DNA from: Antedon mediterranea
Lineage: Eukaryota; Animalia; Echinodermata
Assembly: GCF_964355755.1 (NCBI RefSeq)
Contig: NC_092674.1
Span: 27,342,001-27,406,000, forward strand
Length of the DNA: 64,000 nt
Direction of reading: 5' to 3'
Part shown: positions 1-11,671 of the stretch, in pieces
Numbering within the stretch: the stretch's first letter is position 1
How the letters are laid out: each line of letters starts with the position of its first letter
The notes under the pieces: model-generated
What the model was told of the DNA's origin: nothing
The model's database searches: none
The model's input: only the letters and a program-made list of their open reading frames with translations
Program-made: the position numbers and the translations under genes

Positions 1-68
1 CATGTCTAAGTTAATTTCTTTGTAATTATATATATTTATTCACCATCGTTATTTTAAAACCTTTTCAG

Positions 69-170
69 TCTGAATCTGGTGGAACAGTACTTAGTACAAA
101 CTGGTCGGACATTGGGAAAAAAAAGACAGAGATGAAGTCACCAGATGGGATGGAGTACAAGAAATGGTAG
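69..170 (+). CDS. SUGT1: Terminal coding exon of SGT1 homolog (SGS domain C-terminus); the rest of the gene lies upstream of the window
   Basis: Acceptor cttttcag at 61-68 is followed by [33 protein letters not shown]. This contains the recognisable [11 protein letters not shown] motif of the SGT1 SGS domain. Confidence 0.93.
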   Translation, partial: SESGGTVLSTNWSDIGKKKTEMKSPDGMEYKKW

Positions 171-1503
171 TTAATAATAGCCTAATGAATATTCATTACT
201 CAATTTAAATACAGTAGGCCATTGAATATTCATTACTTGATTCAAATTATTAAGTTCTAGCAAAAGTGAGTTTCCTATATACATAAGACATTTCTCAGAA
301 ACTGTATAAATTAATAATTTTGACAAGCTTATTTCTTAGTTTTGTGTATATTTTGTAATTTTTAATTTGGGATGAGGTTTTCTACAGTCCATCGCCAAAA
401 TTATTATTTTCTGGCATCTACTGTTTCTTTAAGTCAGATATGCTTTAAATGGAAGGATACAAATCTAAGTAGCAATTTCAAGCGTGGGTCCCCTTGGACG
501 CAACAAAAGGGCGTAAGCACACCACAAGTAGTTTGACCAATTTGACCAATCATAATGCGATGTAACATCTGAACTGTCGCTATTTAAATTTTACTTTATA
601 GATTAAGCCTTTAAGCCAAATGTATATTTTAGGACTAAGTTCTTTGTTGGCTTCAACATACCCTTTCTGGTAAACTTTATTTTTCAGTAATTAATCAAAA
701 TAATTTCATAAAACATACAGTTTTACTGTACTATGGATAAACAATGAAATAAACTTTTGATAAAATATACTCCATATATTTTTACTTGTTTTATTTATTT
801 TGTTCAATTTTACATTTAATCAGCAAAATTTAAGAACTTGTGCGAAGAAAACATTGTAAAAAAGGGAAATCTTCATTGATAAAATCCAGCTGATTGTGAA
901 GATGTATATCTAGATGTCTAATGCAATCAATGCAACAAAGAAACATTTCCAAAACCACTTATTTTTTATTACAAATAATAAACAATCAACCCAAACATTT
1001 ATTACTGTAATAAAAACAGGAAAAGTGCACATTTTATATCATTTACAATACTGTACAAGTATATGTATGTTTCAAGCCATGGGTAATCCTATGAAAAATT
1101 ACAGTGATCATATTTTTATGTGTAAGACATTTTGCATTTAATTTAATACTAATTATGTGATGTGAAAATTGACAAACATGGTTCACTGTTGATTTTGCCA
1201 AAAACTTTGATTGTCCAGTGTGCATGTCAAAGGTCACATGGACCACTTCAGTTTCTACGAGCACATGGTTGGTTAAGCATTTTTTCAGCCATGATATTTA
1301 CAGGGTTTGTATCTCTACAAAAGTCTTGGGAGAAAATTATTATGAACTACAGGCTACTTAGGCCATCACTTCCGCTGCTGGTATGGTCTCTATTTTGAAA
1401 AGGACACTTCACACAAAAGGTTCGTTCAAACGTGCCCTGGCTAGGCTTGAATCTTCCAATATCCAATGTTCTCAATCATCTTTTTACATTTTAGTAACTT
1501 TCC

Positions 1504-4500
1504 TCATTCTTGATAACGGAAATAATTGCTTATGATCTTAAAGACTTTCGATTGGTTTGGTCTGGCCAGTGTGAAGTTGGCCGTGAATGATTTATCTTTG
1601 TGTCCATTAAACTTGACATTGCCATATATGGTAACTAAAACGGTAGTCTGCCCTTCAGTGTATGTATCTAGGAGACAAAATATAACAAGATTTCAGTAAT
1701 TACATATACAAATTCTATATTGATTAAGTATTGATATAGATAAGAAAAATATTCTTCCCAACTTTTATTCATGGAAAGAATTTATTTTACAATTCTGAAC
1801 AATAATGTGGATCGGTCCTCGGATTCTTTGCTCTTTCCATGATCTACCAGTCAATTGAATACCATAATAAAACATTTAAACATGTACACACCAATAACTG
1901 GTTGACACACCAAGTTTTCTAACGTTGTTTCACTTGTTGGAAGGTGTTCTAAGAACTCTGTGATTTGCTTTGCACCACGTACGGGATGACCGTTCCACAC
2001 CATTGTGGCCGTGTCATGGTACAAGGTATCAATTTTATTTCTTTTCTTGTCAAACGTCTCGTAGTACAACTTATGGAATGCCTCTCCAGTATGGCACGCT
2101 GAATCTGCTGCTACTTTGAAAGTCTGTGAAAATAATAACAATGATGATGTCATATTTTAGTCATGGATGTACAATACTTCTTAGTTTGTTATGCTCTAGG
2201 GCAGGCCCATCATCCATATGGACCAAGCAACATGCAATTGCCAAAGAGTGAGTGAGTGGCCGAGCGGTTAAGACAGTGGAACCGTAATCACGTAGCCATT
2301 ACATCGGCAAGGGTTCAAGGCTCACTCACTCCATGGTTCTGGTGGTAGAACGAGTCTTCTCGGATAAGGACTATAAACCGTAGGTCCAGTGTACACAACT
2401 TGCTCGTGTGCACTTTAAAGAACCTAGTACATCTTTCGAGACGAGTAGGGGGTTACCCCGGTGTATTAGTACATCACAGCCACTGATCACAAACTGGGCC
2501 CTCTGGGAGATCAGTCTTTGACTGAAGAGGTCACCCAGTATAAAGATAAAACAAACAAACAAAACCAAGGCTTTCAAGCATCATCACATTCAATCAAGTC
2601 AAGAAAAACATTTATCATGGTTAGCTTACATATAAGGCGTAGGCCTACGTATTTATTAAGATCGATTGATACGGCATAAAAACGCCAATTCAATCTAGGG
2701 GCCTAGGCCTACACTAAGGACTAACACGCGATACTAGCTATGCCGGGATCCAGTCAAGTCGCCCCATCGCAAAGTCGCCCCATAAAAAGTCGCCCAATAC
2801 AAAGTCGCCCCATCGCAAAGTCGCCCCAAAACAAAGTCGCCCCGGCACAGTCGCCCCATCGCAAAGTCGCCCCCTCGCAAAGTCGCCCCAACGCAAAGTC
2901 GCCCCATCGCAAAGTCGCCCCAACGCAAAGTCGCCCCATCGCAAAGTCGCCCACGGTTTTAATCATATTGGTTGCGTTTGATATCGATTGCGTTGTTACT
3001 TTGGTCGCGCTAATGTCGTATACAGTATAATGTTTATCCTATATACATAATTTGTGTTTTAATTTTTATTTTACAGGTTTTAATGGAGTGATGTGCTTTT
3101 TAAAAATCATTAAAAAAATAGTCCCTTGTTTGAAAGTTCTAAAAAGATTATCCATGATTTATAGTTTCGAAAATGTTAATTTAATATGATTTTAAAATTA
3201 GTTACCAGAGCCACAATTACGAATCTTTCTTCAACCTACGCGTGGATACCAGCTAATTTTTTAGGATAATATTATTATAATAAATGTATAAATGTGTAGT
3301 AGCCTAGGCCTTCCTATAGATTTACAGTAGTTAAAACAATAACAGTGTTGTTAGACAATGAGTGTTATAGCAATAGGCTACTTATTGATCATTTTGCATT
3401 TATTGACAAGTCATGTGTCTTAATTTTATAATGACTTTTCAAAATAAAGAAATAAAAAAAAAAAGGATTTCATCGCCGATATGATTGTTTTACATGCAGT
3501 AGTAAAATTAAAACGCTACATTTTGACCATGGAAAAACCATCGTACAGTATCGTGTGCGTGTTTTGTAAAAAGGGGAATCCCCGACGGTCAGCAGAAAGA
3601 CGGCGCAGCTCCGATTGGTTTCAGAGAATGTTTCAGATGGCGAGACGCCTTTCATTCAACAGCACAATGATAATTTTACTGAAGAAATTCTTTTCAACCC
3701 TTTTGGTTAGGCATAGAACATTCTAATTATCATGCCTAATAAATATCCTCATATCGGGTATTTATTTAATTTTAAATTAAACAAGACCGTGAAGAGGCAC
3801 GGAATAATACGTACACGGACGTACGACGAATACACACACGCACGTCATCATTTACGACATATAGTGGTGATATGATGCAATTTTATAATGGATATAATGA
3901 TGGAATTGCCTTTCCAGGCTTAATCAATTGTTCATTGTAATTATGTATGTAATAGTAAACTGAATGTTTATAAATAAATTGTTTTACGTAATTTGTTGCA
4001 TATAAAATAAAAGAGACAGACGTAGCCTACGTTTCCTATAAAATATTTCACATTTAAATAATTATGTACTGTTAAATGACATTATGCTGGATAATATTAT
4101 AATCTTAAACTATGTTTACAAATTATTAATATAGGCCTAATAATAATAATACATATTCATCGACCAAAGTAAAAATAATCTAGATCGTATAACATCATTT
4201 TATCGCGACCAAATTTAAACGCGACCGATTTCGAACGCGACTGATATCATCGTAAAACTCCGGCGGGGTTTCCCCATCTTCAGATGGTGCGTTGTAGCGC
4301 GACAACGGCGGAGTAATTACGGGGGTTTCCCTCTGGTAAGCTAGCAGTTAGTGCGACCGCGGAGTGATTAGTCGGGGGCTTCCTCTCTGATGATGGTGGT
4401 GCGTGCCGATTGTGTGACCTGAGACTACATGGCGGGGCTTCCCCTTTTTATGCCTACACGTTCCGTGTTATTTTGTGTATCATTGCGACATTTTATGCAC

Positions 4501-4935
4501 TTGTAAACTATTTTTTAACGTTTTGGGGCGACTTTGCGATGGGGCGACTTTGCGATGGGGCGACTGTGTCGGGGCGACTTTGTTTTGGGGCGACTTTGCG
4601 ATGGGGCGACTGTGTAAGGGGCGACTTTGTATGGGGCGACTTTGCGATGGGGCGACTTGACTAGCATCCACTAGGCCTACACTAGGGAGGCCACTATAGT
4701 TATAATATGCCGCTAAACACAGTACACTGTCTGCATGCATGCCGTCGAGACGCGTGGGCCTGGCGTGCCGATAACACTTTTTACTTCTTCAGCAATTTCT
4801 AAATCACATTAACTTAAAATAATAACGTAAAATGATAAGTTTATTTAACATTCATAAGGAATATTGCACAAAATGTAAATATAAATGGTAAATAATAAAA
4901 GCAAAGTTTATACTAACCGAAACCGCAGCCGCCAT
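1504..4935 (-). CDS. NXT1: NTF2-related export protein (NXT1/NXT2, p15), 3 coding exons, about 137 aa
   Basis: Exons are 4935-4918 (MAAAVS, donor GTTAGT), 2123-1892 (TFKVAADSACHTGEAFHKLYYETFDKKR...VWNG...CQPVI) and 1667-1504 (DTYTEGQTTVLVTIYGNVKFNG...FKIISNYFRYQE*). All boundaries are GT-AG and the phases are consistent. Motifs YYETxDKxR, WNG, CQPV, QTTVLV and GxVKF match NXT. The tiny first exon is the least certain. Confidence 0.9.
2246..2564 (+). mobile_element. tRNA-derived SINE with Deu/Nin-like central domain, in NXT intron 1
   Basis: The tRNA-like head has an A box (TGGCCGAGCGG), a B box (GGTTCAAGGC) and a GAGTGAG/CTCACTC acceptor stem. The body TCGGATAAGGACTATAAACCGTAGGTCC...TAAAGAACC...TTCGAGACGAGTAGGGG..ACCCCGGTGT resembles the Deu-domain consensus as I recall it. 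The tail is (AAAC)n. Confidence 0.8.
2746..4669. mobile_element. Non-autonomous foldback/MULE-like DNA transposon with tandem-repeat-built TIRs, in NXT intron 1
   Basis: The left arm GGATCCAGTCAAGTCGCCCC plus (AAAGTCGCCCCATCGC)n at 2746-2953 is the reverse complement of the right arm (GGGGCGACTTTGCGAT)n...GACTTGACTAGCATCC at 4525-4669. There is no transposase ORF and the TSD is degenerate. Confidence 0.8.
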
Positions 4936-5400
4936 GTTTCGCAAAACTGTGACAACTCGGCGTTAGTGGCGCTATAATAAAAAATCTGTTCATAACAATA
5001 GAGGTCGCTCTATTAAAAATATACAAGTTGCAGTCGAGCAGCAAAGTGCTCATTTAACCGTTAAAACGCTGTTTTTTAACTGCGCAGGTCACTGAGCATC
5101 GCCAAGTTATAGTGACTTCCGGTTCGCTTTTCACTTCGCGGCAAGCATTTTGCATGGGAATACCCTTACAAATCTGCTGCAATTTCCACCATCCGGGTTA
5201 AATTATATCTTTCTATATTTGGAAATTGTTACTCCTAATATGGAAGATTATTCCCGCCACAAAATTTTGGTATAAATAGCCCAGGAAAGGACGACAGAGC
5301 TTATTGAAGAAAAAAGTGCAGATGGAGGTGTTCGTTGAGGTAGGCTACATGATTTATTTGTTTGGTTTCGTAGGGAATCCGGCACTTTTCTCATCAGCAC
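4936..5400. promoter_or_regulatory. CpG-rich bidirectional promoter between NXT (-) and a plus-strand transcript
   Basis: CpG is locally enriched, with an ETS-type ACTTCCGG at about 5115. The NXT ATG lies immediately to the left. Plus-strand donors (GAG|GTAGGC 5340, TTC|GTATGT 5545) and a strong acceptor at 6250 lie to the right. Confidence 0.55.
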
Positions 5401-6530
5401 GGAACCTTTATAAAAACTTAGTGGTTGGTTATTAGGTTATTAATCTATCTTTTCTGAAAGTTTAAGCTTGGTTCAGCTTGTGGGACGGATTCAATATCCG
5501 TTCAAAGCTGGGGATATATTCTAAGCAGACTCCATCTTGGATTCGTATGTTTAGTACAGGCCGTGTGTGAGTAATTTCAATCCTTCAAAATCACTATGTG
5601 CAATCCGTTTTTAAACCAGTTAATATACCAAAATATGTTATTAGTAGCTTTATTATTTTGGATTTGGTGCTAGTTTGGTAAATATTGCAATATAATTGTA
5701 GATTATTTGGTTGTAAAAAAATGTACCCAACTTGTAGTATTATCTAGGCCTAGGCTAGGCCTAGCCCATTTGACGGAAACCCAGTGCTATTTGTAGGCGG
5801 ATAGAGAGGGCCGCAGGCTAGTTTTTAGTGGCATATCGCCGACTTATTATAATCAATGTGAAGCCATATTATTATTATGTTTAAAATGTTGAATCTATAT
5901 CCACTGGATTATGGATATATATCGTCGGATATTTAAAGAAAGGCCTAGACCTTTTTATTTACGGCGTTTTATTTAATTAATTAAGGACTATATTACGGGA
6001 AATTCTTTGCCAAAGAAAAGAAAATACGTTGTGGCTGTTGAAGGTTTGTAAATATATGACAATAATGTAGCCTAGGCTAGGAAGGACTGTAGGTAGGATG
6101 AGGTAATTTGGATGGTCGTACATATGATATTTATATATACAGTATTGTGTATAGTAGTGATCATGGCGACAAAATTTAGGATGACTAAAGTTGACATTAA
6201 AATTATTTAACTATGAATAGCTCATTATTGGTGTTTTTTTTTTCTTTCAGGTTTCTAAGAATAAACTATCCGACTTGTGATTCATCTTGTGCTGCAAAAA
6301 CAATCCTATTTTGATATTTGTAAATTGATGTACGTAACAGATGTCTTTAAAAATAAAAAAAAATAAAAAATTTTTATTATCGCGATGATTTAACTCAAAT
6401 ATTGACATATATAACTTGATATTTTAGCCTGAGCAAGATAGTTTGATAGGCATATTTTACTTCGATGTAAATAAGATATTACATGTTATACTGTATGTAA
6501 AATACTTTTTTGTAAATAAAATTATTTAAT
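5375..6530 (+). ncRNA. Putative spliced non-coding or micro-ORF transcript, unit 1
   Basis: TOP-like CTTTTCTC at 5385, hairpin at 5474-5510, donor GTATGT at 5545, acceptor TTTTTTTTCTTTCAG ending at 6250, and AATAAA signals at about 6350-6520. No ORF of 60 aa or longer. Confidence 0.35.
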
Positions 6531-7802
6531 GGTGGTTAATTTATTAACTTGTTAATTTGTTTGTTAGTTATGATGTTATACTATTAATTATTTAGTTAGT
6601 AACCAAAGTGGAGTGGATTCGTGGCAGTTGCAACTTGACTGTAATATGCATATATATAATAATATTTACTTCTTCTTGGATAAAGTTAAAGCAAAATAAG
6701 CAATAATAAAAATTAAATATTTATTTTGCCATAAAGAAAACAAAAACTAAACATACAGTACTATATATGTACAGTAATACCATGGACCTATAGGTCCATA
6801 GTAATACATACTGTAGTATTGAGCACCAGTAGCAGAGACGTCTGGACAATCGAATATAATCGTTATCAGCTGTCTGGGTACCCAAGGCTAGTGCTAGAAA
6901 ATGGCGAAAATTCGTGTATTCATTCGCCGTCAGCGAAATGAATCCGGCACTTTTCTCATCAGAAGCAAATCAACAAATCCTTTTATCAGTTTGTTTTGAT
7001 ATATAATCTGGATAATATATATTAAAATGGCCTTGGTTCAAGCATGTTTAACAGGTAAAATCAGATTTTTTCCTACCTAGGCCCCTTAGCACTGCGGTAC
7101 CCTACGCCGTGTGGGGGAACCGATCTCGGCAGTATTTCTTAAGTAGCCTATCTTTCGTAAAATCCTTAGTTGAATTTTATTAATATAAATTTAATTGTAT
7201 GAATATGCTATTTAAATGTTATTGACATTTTTTTTTGCTGCATTTTGTAATTCCGCACTACTTGCTTTATCGCGATTCCAAGATGGCGGCAATTCAAATT
7301 TTGATTTGGTAATAATTCGCGAGGTCAACCACTTTGCTGCCCGACTGGTTGAACTGATCATCTAAACAACAATGTACAGTACTAGCCTAGATTTGTTTAC
7401 ATTTAACTACTACCACTACTTAATTCTTTTATATTTAAGTTTCAATTGATTTTCTGTGTTTCCTTCCTACTTGTGATGTTCTTCATAAATAATACATTGG
7501 AAGGTACAGTGTAAGTATGTATTCGATATTTTCCTTACAGTACTTTGTTATTTATTGGCATATAACTTTAGGCCATAAAGTTTAAAAAATTGGTGAGATT
7601 TAATACCTAGCTTTCGTCACTGATTCTGTCTTCACAATAATTATGAATGACGGGACTTTTTATTTTGGTTTTATGCTATATTTCTTATCTTGTATAGAGT
7701 TAAGACTAGATTGGCCTAGATCTTGGTTTCAGACCTATGCCTCCCACACTGTTTAGTGAGTTTAGGCCTTCTTAAAGTTTATTAAAGTTGGCAGGGCTCA
7801 AG

Positions 7803-8887
7803 GGGTGTCACGAAAGCTCAGACCACGAAAGCTCAGACCCCCTAAGACCTAAGATCACGAAAGCTAAGACCCAACACCTAAGATTACAAATACTAAGATA
7901 TACTACAGCTTAAAAACAATACTTGTTTATCCATACATAATTTTAAACACAGTAGGTTTCATTTATTACCATAAATATAATTTAATACTACCGCAAAACA
8001 TAGATAAACTCACATTATTTTCGCCCGTTGAGTAAATGTATATTTTTTCTTTACAACAAACAAACTTGACGGGTTGTTTGTTGGTATATATTTACTCCAT
8101 TGTGTTGGTTCAGAGGATGTTTTTCTTACGCACCTGCCTTTCTTGTATTTTGACTCCAAATTTGTTGACTAACTTTATCCTGAACACCACACTTTAAAAT
8201 TAGGACTTATAAGTACTTTCAGAAGGAGAAACACATAATAACAAATAAATAAATCCTTTAAATTGATGATTTTACAGATGTGTTTCTTTGTATACTGTAA
8301 TGACAATGTAACTCCTCGAGCTCCCCCATGCTCAATGTTTTTGTTTCTATGGAGCGCCAAAAGAGCAACAATAATAGTACAAGTATAAAAACAGAAAGAA
8401 AACGAAACAAAAAAACTTATCATGATTTTTAAATTAAAATTTATTTGCCAGTATTTATTTCTTCGTACTTGCATGATTATACTATTATCATTACAATTTT
8501 AATTTTACATTGTTCCATCCACACTGTAGATGGACTCCACAGAGTTTTCAGCCCTCTATATATTTTTTGCTCTTTTCACGTTCCATAGAAACAAAAACAT
8601 TGAACATGGGGTAGGCTTACAACTGTACTGTAGTAGGCTAGTCATTTTGTGTGGGAGAAAAACGTCTGTAAAATCATCAATTTAAAAATGTATTTGTTAC
8701 TTTTTATGTGATTCTTTTTCATGAAAGTGCCAATTCTAAGGTATGGTATTCAGAATAAATGTTGGGAGTTAAAATACAAGGCAGGTGCGAAAGATAAATA
8801 TTTGTAATCTTAGGTGTTGGGTCTTAGCTTTCGTGATCTTAGGTCTTAGGGGTCTGAGCTTTCGTGGTCTGAGCTTTCGTGACACCC
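7803..8887. mobile_element. Non-autonomous MULE-like DNA transposon with perfect 9-bp TSD
   Basis: TIRs of about 90 bp (GGGTGTCACGAAAGCTCAGACC... / ...GGTCTGAGCTTTCGTGACACCC). The TSD GGGCTCAAG is at 7794-7802 and 8888-8896. An additional internal diverged inverted repeat spans about 8130-8360 versus 8560-8790. Confidence 0.9.
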
Positions 8888-9176
8888 GGGCTCAAGTTGG
8901 CCAACAAAAATCTTAAATATGACCTTTACCATGAGTGTTATATTTCATGCTGGTTGTTTTTGATTTATAAATAAATAACAATTTGTGTAAAATCAAATCA
9001 GTTAAATATGCTTTTCTTGTCTTTTATAATAACATTTTCAATATTCTTAAAATAAGTAGAGCCATATTTTTAACTACCGGTAGTAGGTCCTATTAATCCT
9101 GATTGGACATATAACTGAAAGTTTTAACCACATTTACACCTCAATCAAATGCACACCAAACAAAATATCCTGCCTA

Positions 9177-9338
9177 AAACTTTGTTCACACTATCAAACT
9201 AGTTTGACAAAAGTGTGATGTGCCTAAATCTATGGTAGTGATATCCCCAAGTATGGTAGTGATATGACATCATCATGTCCATATATGGGCACATCACATT
9301 TTTTTGTCACATAAAGTTTGATAGTGTAGACAGAGCTT
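9177..9338. mobile_element. MITE family A (Harbinger/Tourist-like, about 170 bp)
   Basis: TIR (AGCTCTGTC)TACACTATCAAACT with an internal AAATATGGTAGTGATATG repeat. About 10 copies occur in the window. Confidence 0.8.
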
Positions 9339-11671
9339 AATAAATGTAATCATCTAAATCTAAAGTTTGATGACTTTTCAACTATAGATGGCCCCTATAC
9401 CACCACACCACCATCTTTGCTATTGGGGTCAGATTTACAATTTTATCGTTCACCCAGAGATTGTATCTCTGAACTTTGGAGTTTACTAAATCAATTCACT
9501 CCTCTTAACTATTGAATATTACTGATAATAAATATAGTCTTGGTTTTATTAGTTCTGGATGTTATATCGTCAGGAACCAAATCTACTACGAAAATAAAAC
9601 TGGTGGATAAATTAAGAAGGGTTTCCTGCTGAGTGAAAATATGGTGAGTATAACAGGATATAATGGTTAAAAAATATTGTTATTCTTCTAAAGAGTAATA
9701 AAACTATATTATTATTATGTAATAACTAACAATATTGTTTTCAAGGTTCACAAAAACAAATGTTTTATCTTGTATGATAAAAATTGTGTGTTCATTGAAC
9801 CACATGGTTCTTGGTTATATCTGAAAATATATATGGGTATAATATCGCGGGTTATATCATAATTATTCTATTGTTCAGTACCAGTCACTGTTAAGTACTG
9901 CCATGGAGCAAGGCAAGGCAAACAGAATACTTAGCTTGCCTTGCCAAGATAGCAACTCGTAACAGTCCTTTGATCTTATGTCTGGCTGCAACAAATACCA
10001 ACAGCACTGTACTATGTATTCTCTGTTGCGCGCGTGATGTCTGTAAAAGGGGCATGAAACTGATCGTATCACAGCCACAGATAAACCTTTTGATGTCTGG
10101 AGCTAAGCATTCTGTTGTTAGATTACCTAAAAAATATCATTAACTCTTTAACCAGCTGTTTATACAATTATTTAGTATTTCTAAAAATACACAGTTTATT
10201 TCTTTGACAGCTTCATAAACTTTTTCTTTGAAACAAACTAATCATATATTACAGTAAGAAATGTAGTTACTGCAGTAACTGCAGTATAATAATGTTGATA
10301 GATTCCTAAGTTTTTACAAACTTTTTACTACTACTACTACTGTACTATCATATTATTTTATGATAATAATGCATATTAATTTAAGCTTATACAACAAGTT
10401 GAATAATAACAAAGTTCAATAAAAAAGAAAATAAAAAACAACTTTTTAATTTTTCTTAATTTTCAGTTTTTAAAAGTTTAATTAAAATGTTGTGTGGGGA
10501 AGAGATGGCCATACAGTTGGTTTTATAATATAGCAGAATCCTTTGACAACTTGAATACAAAATGGTGAATTTAATGTGTCTAGATGCTAATAATTTGGTA
10601 CCTTTACTCAAATTTAAGCCTGACATTGAAATGTATATTTATGACGATACTTATTTTGTAATATAATAATACGCCATACACCTTGAACAATACAATGACC
10701 TTGTTACAGAAGAATCAACATACAATAAACAGCTATATAGAGTAAAGGTGAAAGCTAATACAATACTATTTTATCATGGACTTAGTAAACCTACAGTTTA
10801 GTAGAACTGTGGTATTAAATTGTGGAAAAAACAGTTTGTTCTACTAGTTTTTTCTTTTTAATTTTCTGGCTTAAAGTTCTTTCCGATAATATACACACTG
10901 ATATTGATAACTTTAGGATAGAATTGTTTTGATATTTGTTTTTTTGTAATGTTTTAACTTTGTATGAGACAAGCACCATTATTTCCACTTGTTTGTGGAC
11001 GAAATAAAGTCTAAAAACAAAAACAAAAACAAACTATCATATTACTAATTAACTAAAATTTAAAGGCACGTGGTTGTAATGTTGTAATTAAAGATCTCAT
11101 TCCCATTGTGTAATTAAAGCCAAAAGCCTGGTATAGCATACAGCCATGTTGTAACAAATGCTGGTACTATGCGATACTGAATAGTGACAGTGAATTTTAA
11201 CTGTGTACAAATTAGATACTTGATTGAAAGGGTTGTTGGCAGGCTTTACAGCAGTCTCAATCATGAATTCTCTATACTGTTTTAGACAATAAGTTGGAAT
11301 AGTCAGGTAAGGAAATAACAATTTATGCATTATTATTTAGTTGAAATAAAAGTAGTGAGTTAAAATTCCAACATACGTACTATTATCTTAGACTTTTTTC
11401 TTGAAGATAAAAATATAATAAATATTGTATAGTACAGTAAGGTCTATTCATTTGGCATTATTAAATTTGTAAATATTTCTGTTCAATAGAAAATTTGTAT
11501 AGTAACTGTAGGCCTTTAAAATTTTTTAATTACATCTTTGCAAAAGCTTGTTTTGAGTACTAAAACCTGAAAAATAAACAGTGTATCTATACTCACATTT
11601 GCAATCGTAAGTTTTATTGGTTTACTAACAAAGAACTACATATATCATTATACTCACATTAAATTGTGTAC

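Larger units (their letters stand above)
6940..10440 (+). ncRNA. Putative multi-exon non-coding or micro-ORF transcript, unit 2
   Basis: Starts with the same 23-mer as unit 1. Candidate exons are about 6950-7054 (CAG|GTAAAA), 9388-9427, 9553-9643 (ATG|GTGAGT) and 9879 to AATAAA at about 10418. A YY1 motif CAAGATGGCGGC lies at about 7279 in intron 1. The best spliced ORF is only 41 aa. Confidence 0.4.

Noticed and set aside
2246-2333. Functional tRNA gene
   Set aside because: The cloverleaf is non-canonical and continues into a SINE body and tail.
2734-4740. Repetitive ORFs (WGDFAMGRLC / SQSRP repeats)
   Set aside because: They are artefacts of the 15-16-bp subterminal tandem repeats of the foldback transposon.
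5355-5410. Possible hammerhead ribozyme on the minus strand (CTGATGAG...CGAAA)
   Set aside because: Stem II cannot form beyond one base pair, stem I is essentially absent, and the second copy lacks the GAAA at the matching position.
10030-10100. Possible SECIS element (ATGAA...TGAT)
   Set aside because: Helix II pairs poorly and there is no apical AA motif. It is not supported by eye.
5375-10440. Telomerase RNA, RNase P/MRP, 7SK or spliceosomal snRNA identity for the non-coding units
   Set aside because: I found no CTAACCCT template, CR-I/CR-V motifs or recognisable snRNA sequence.
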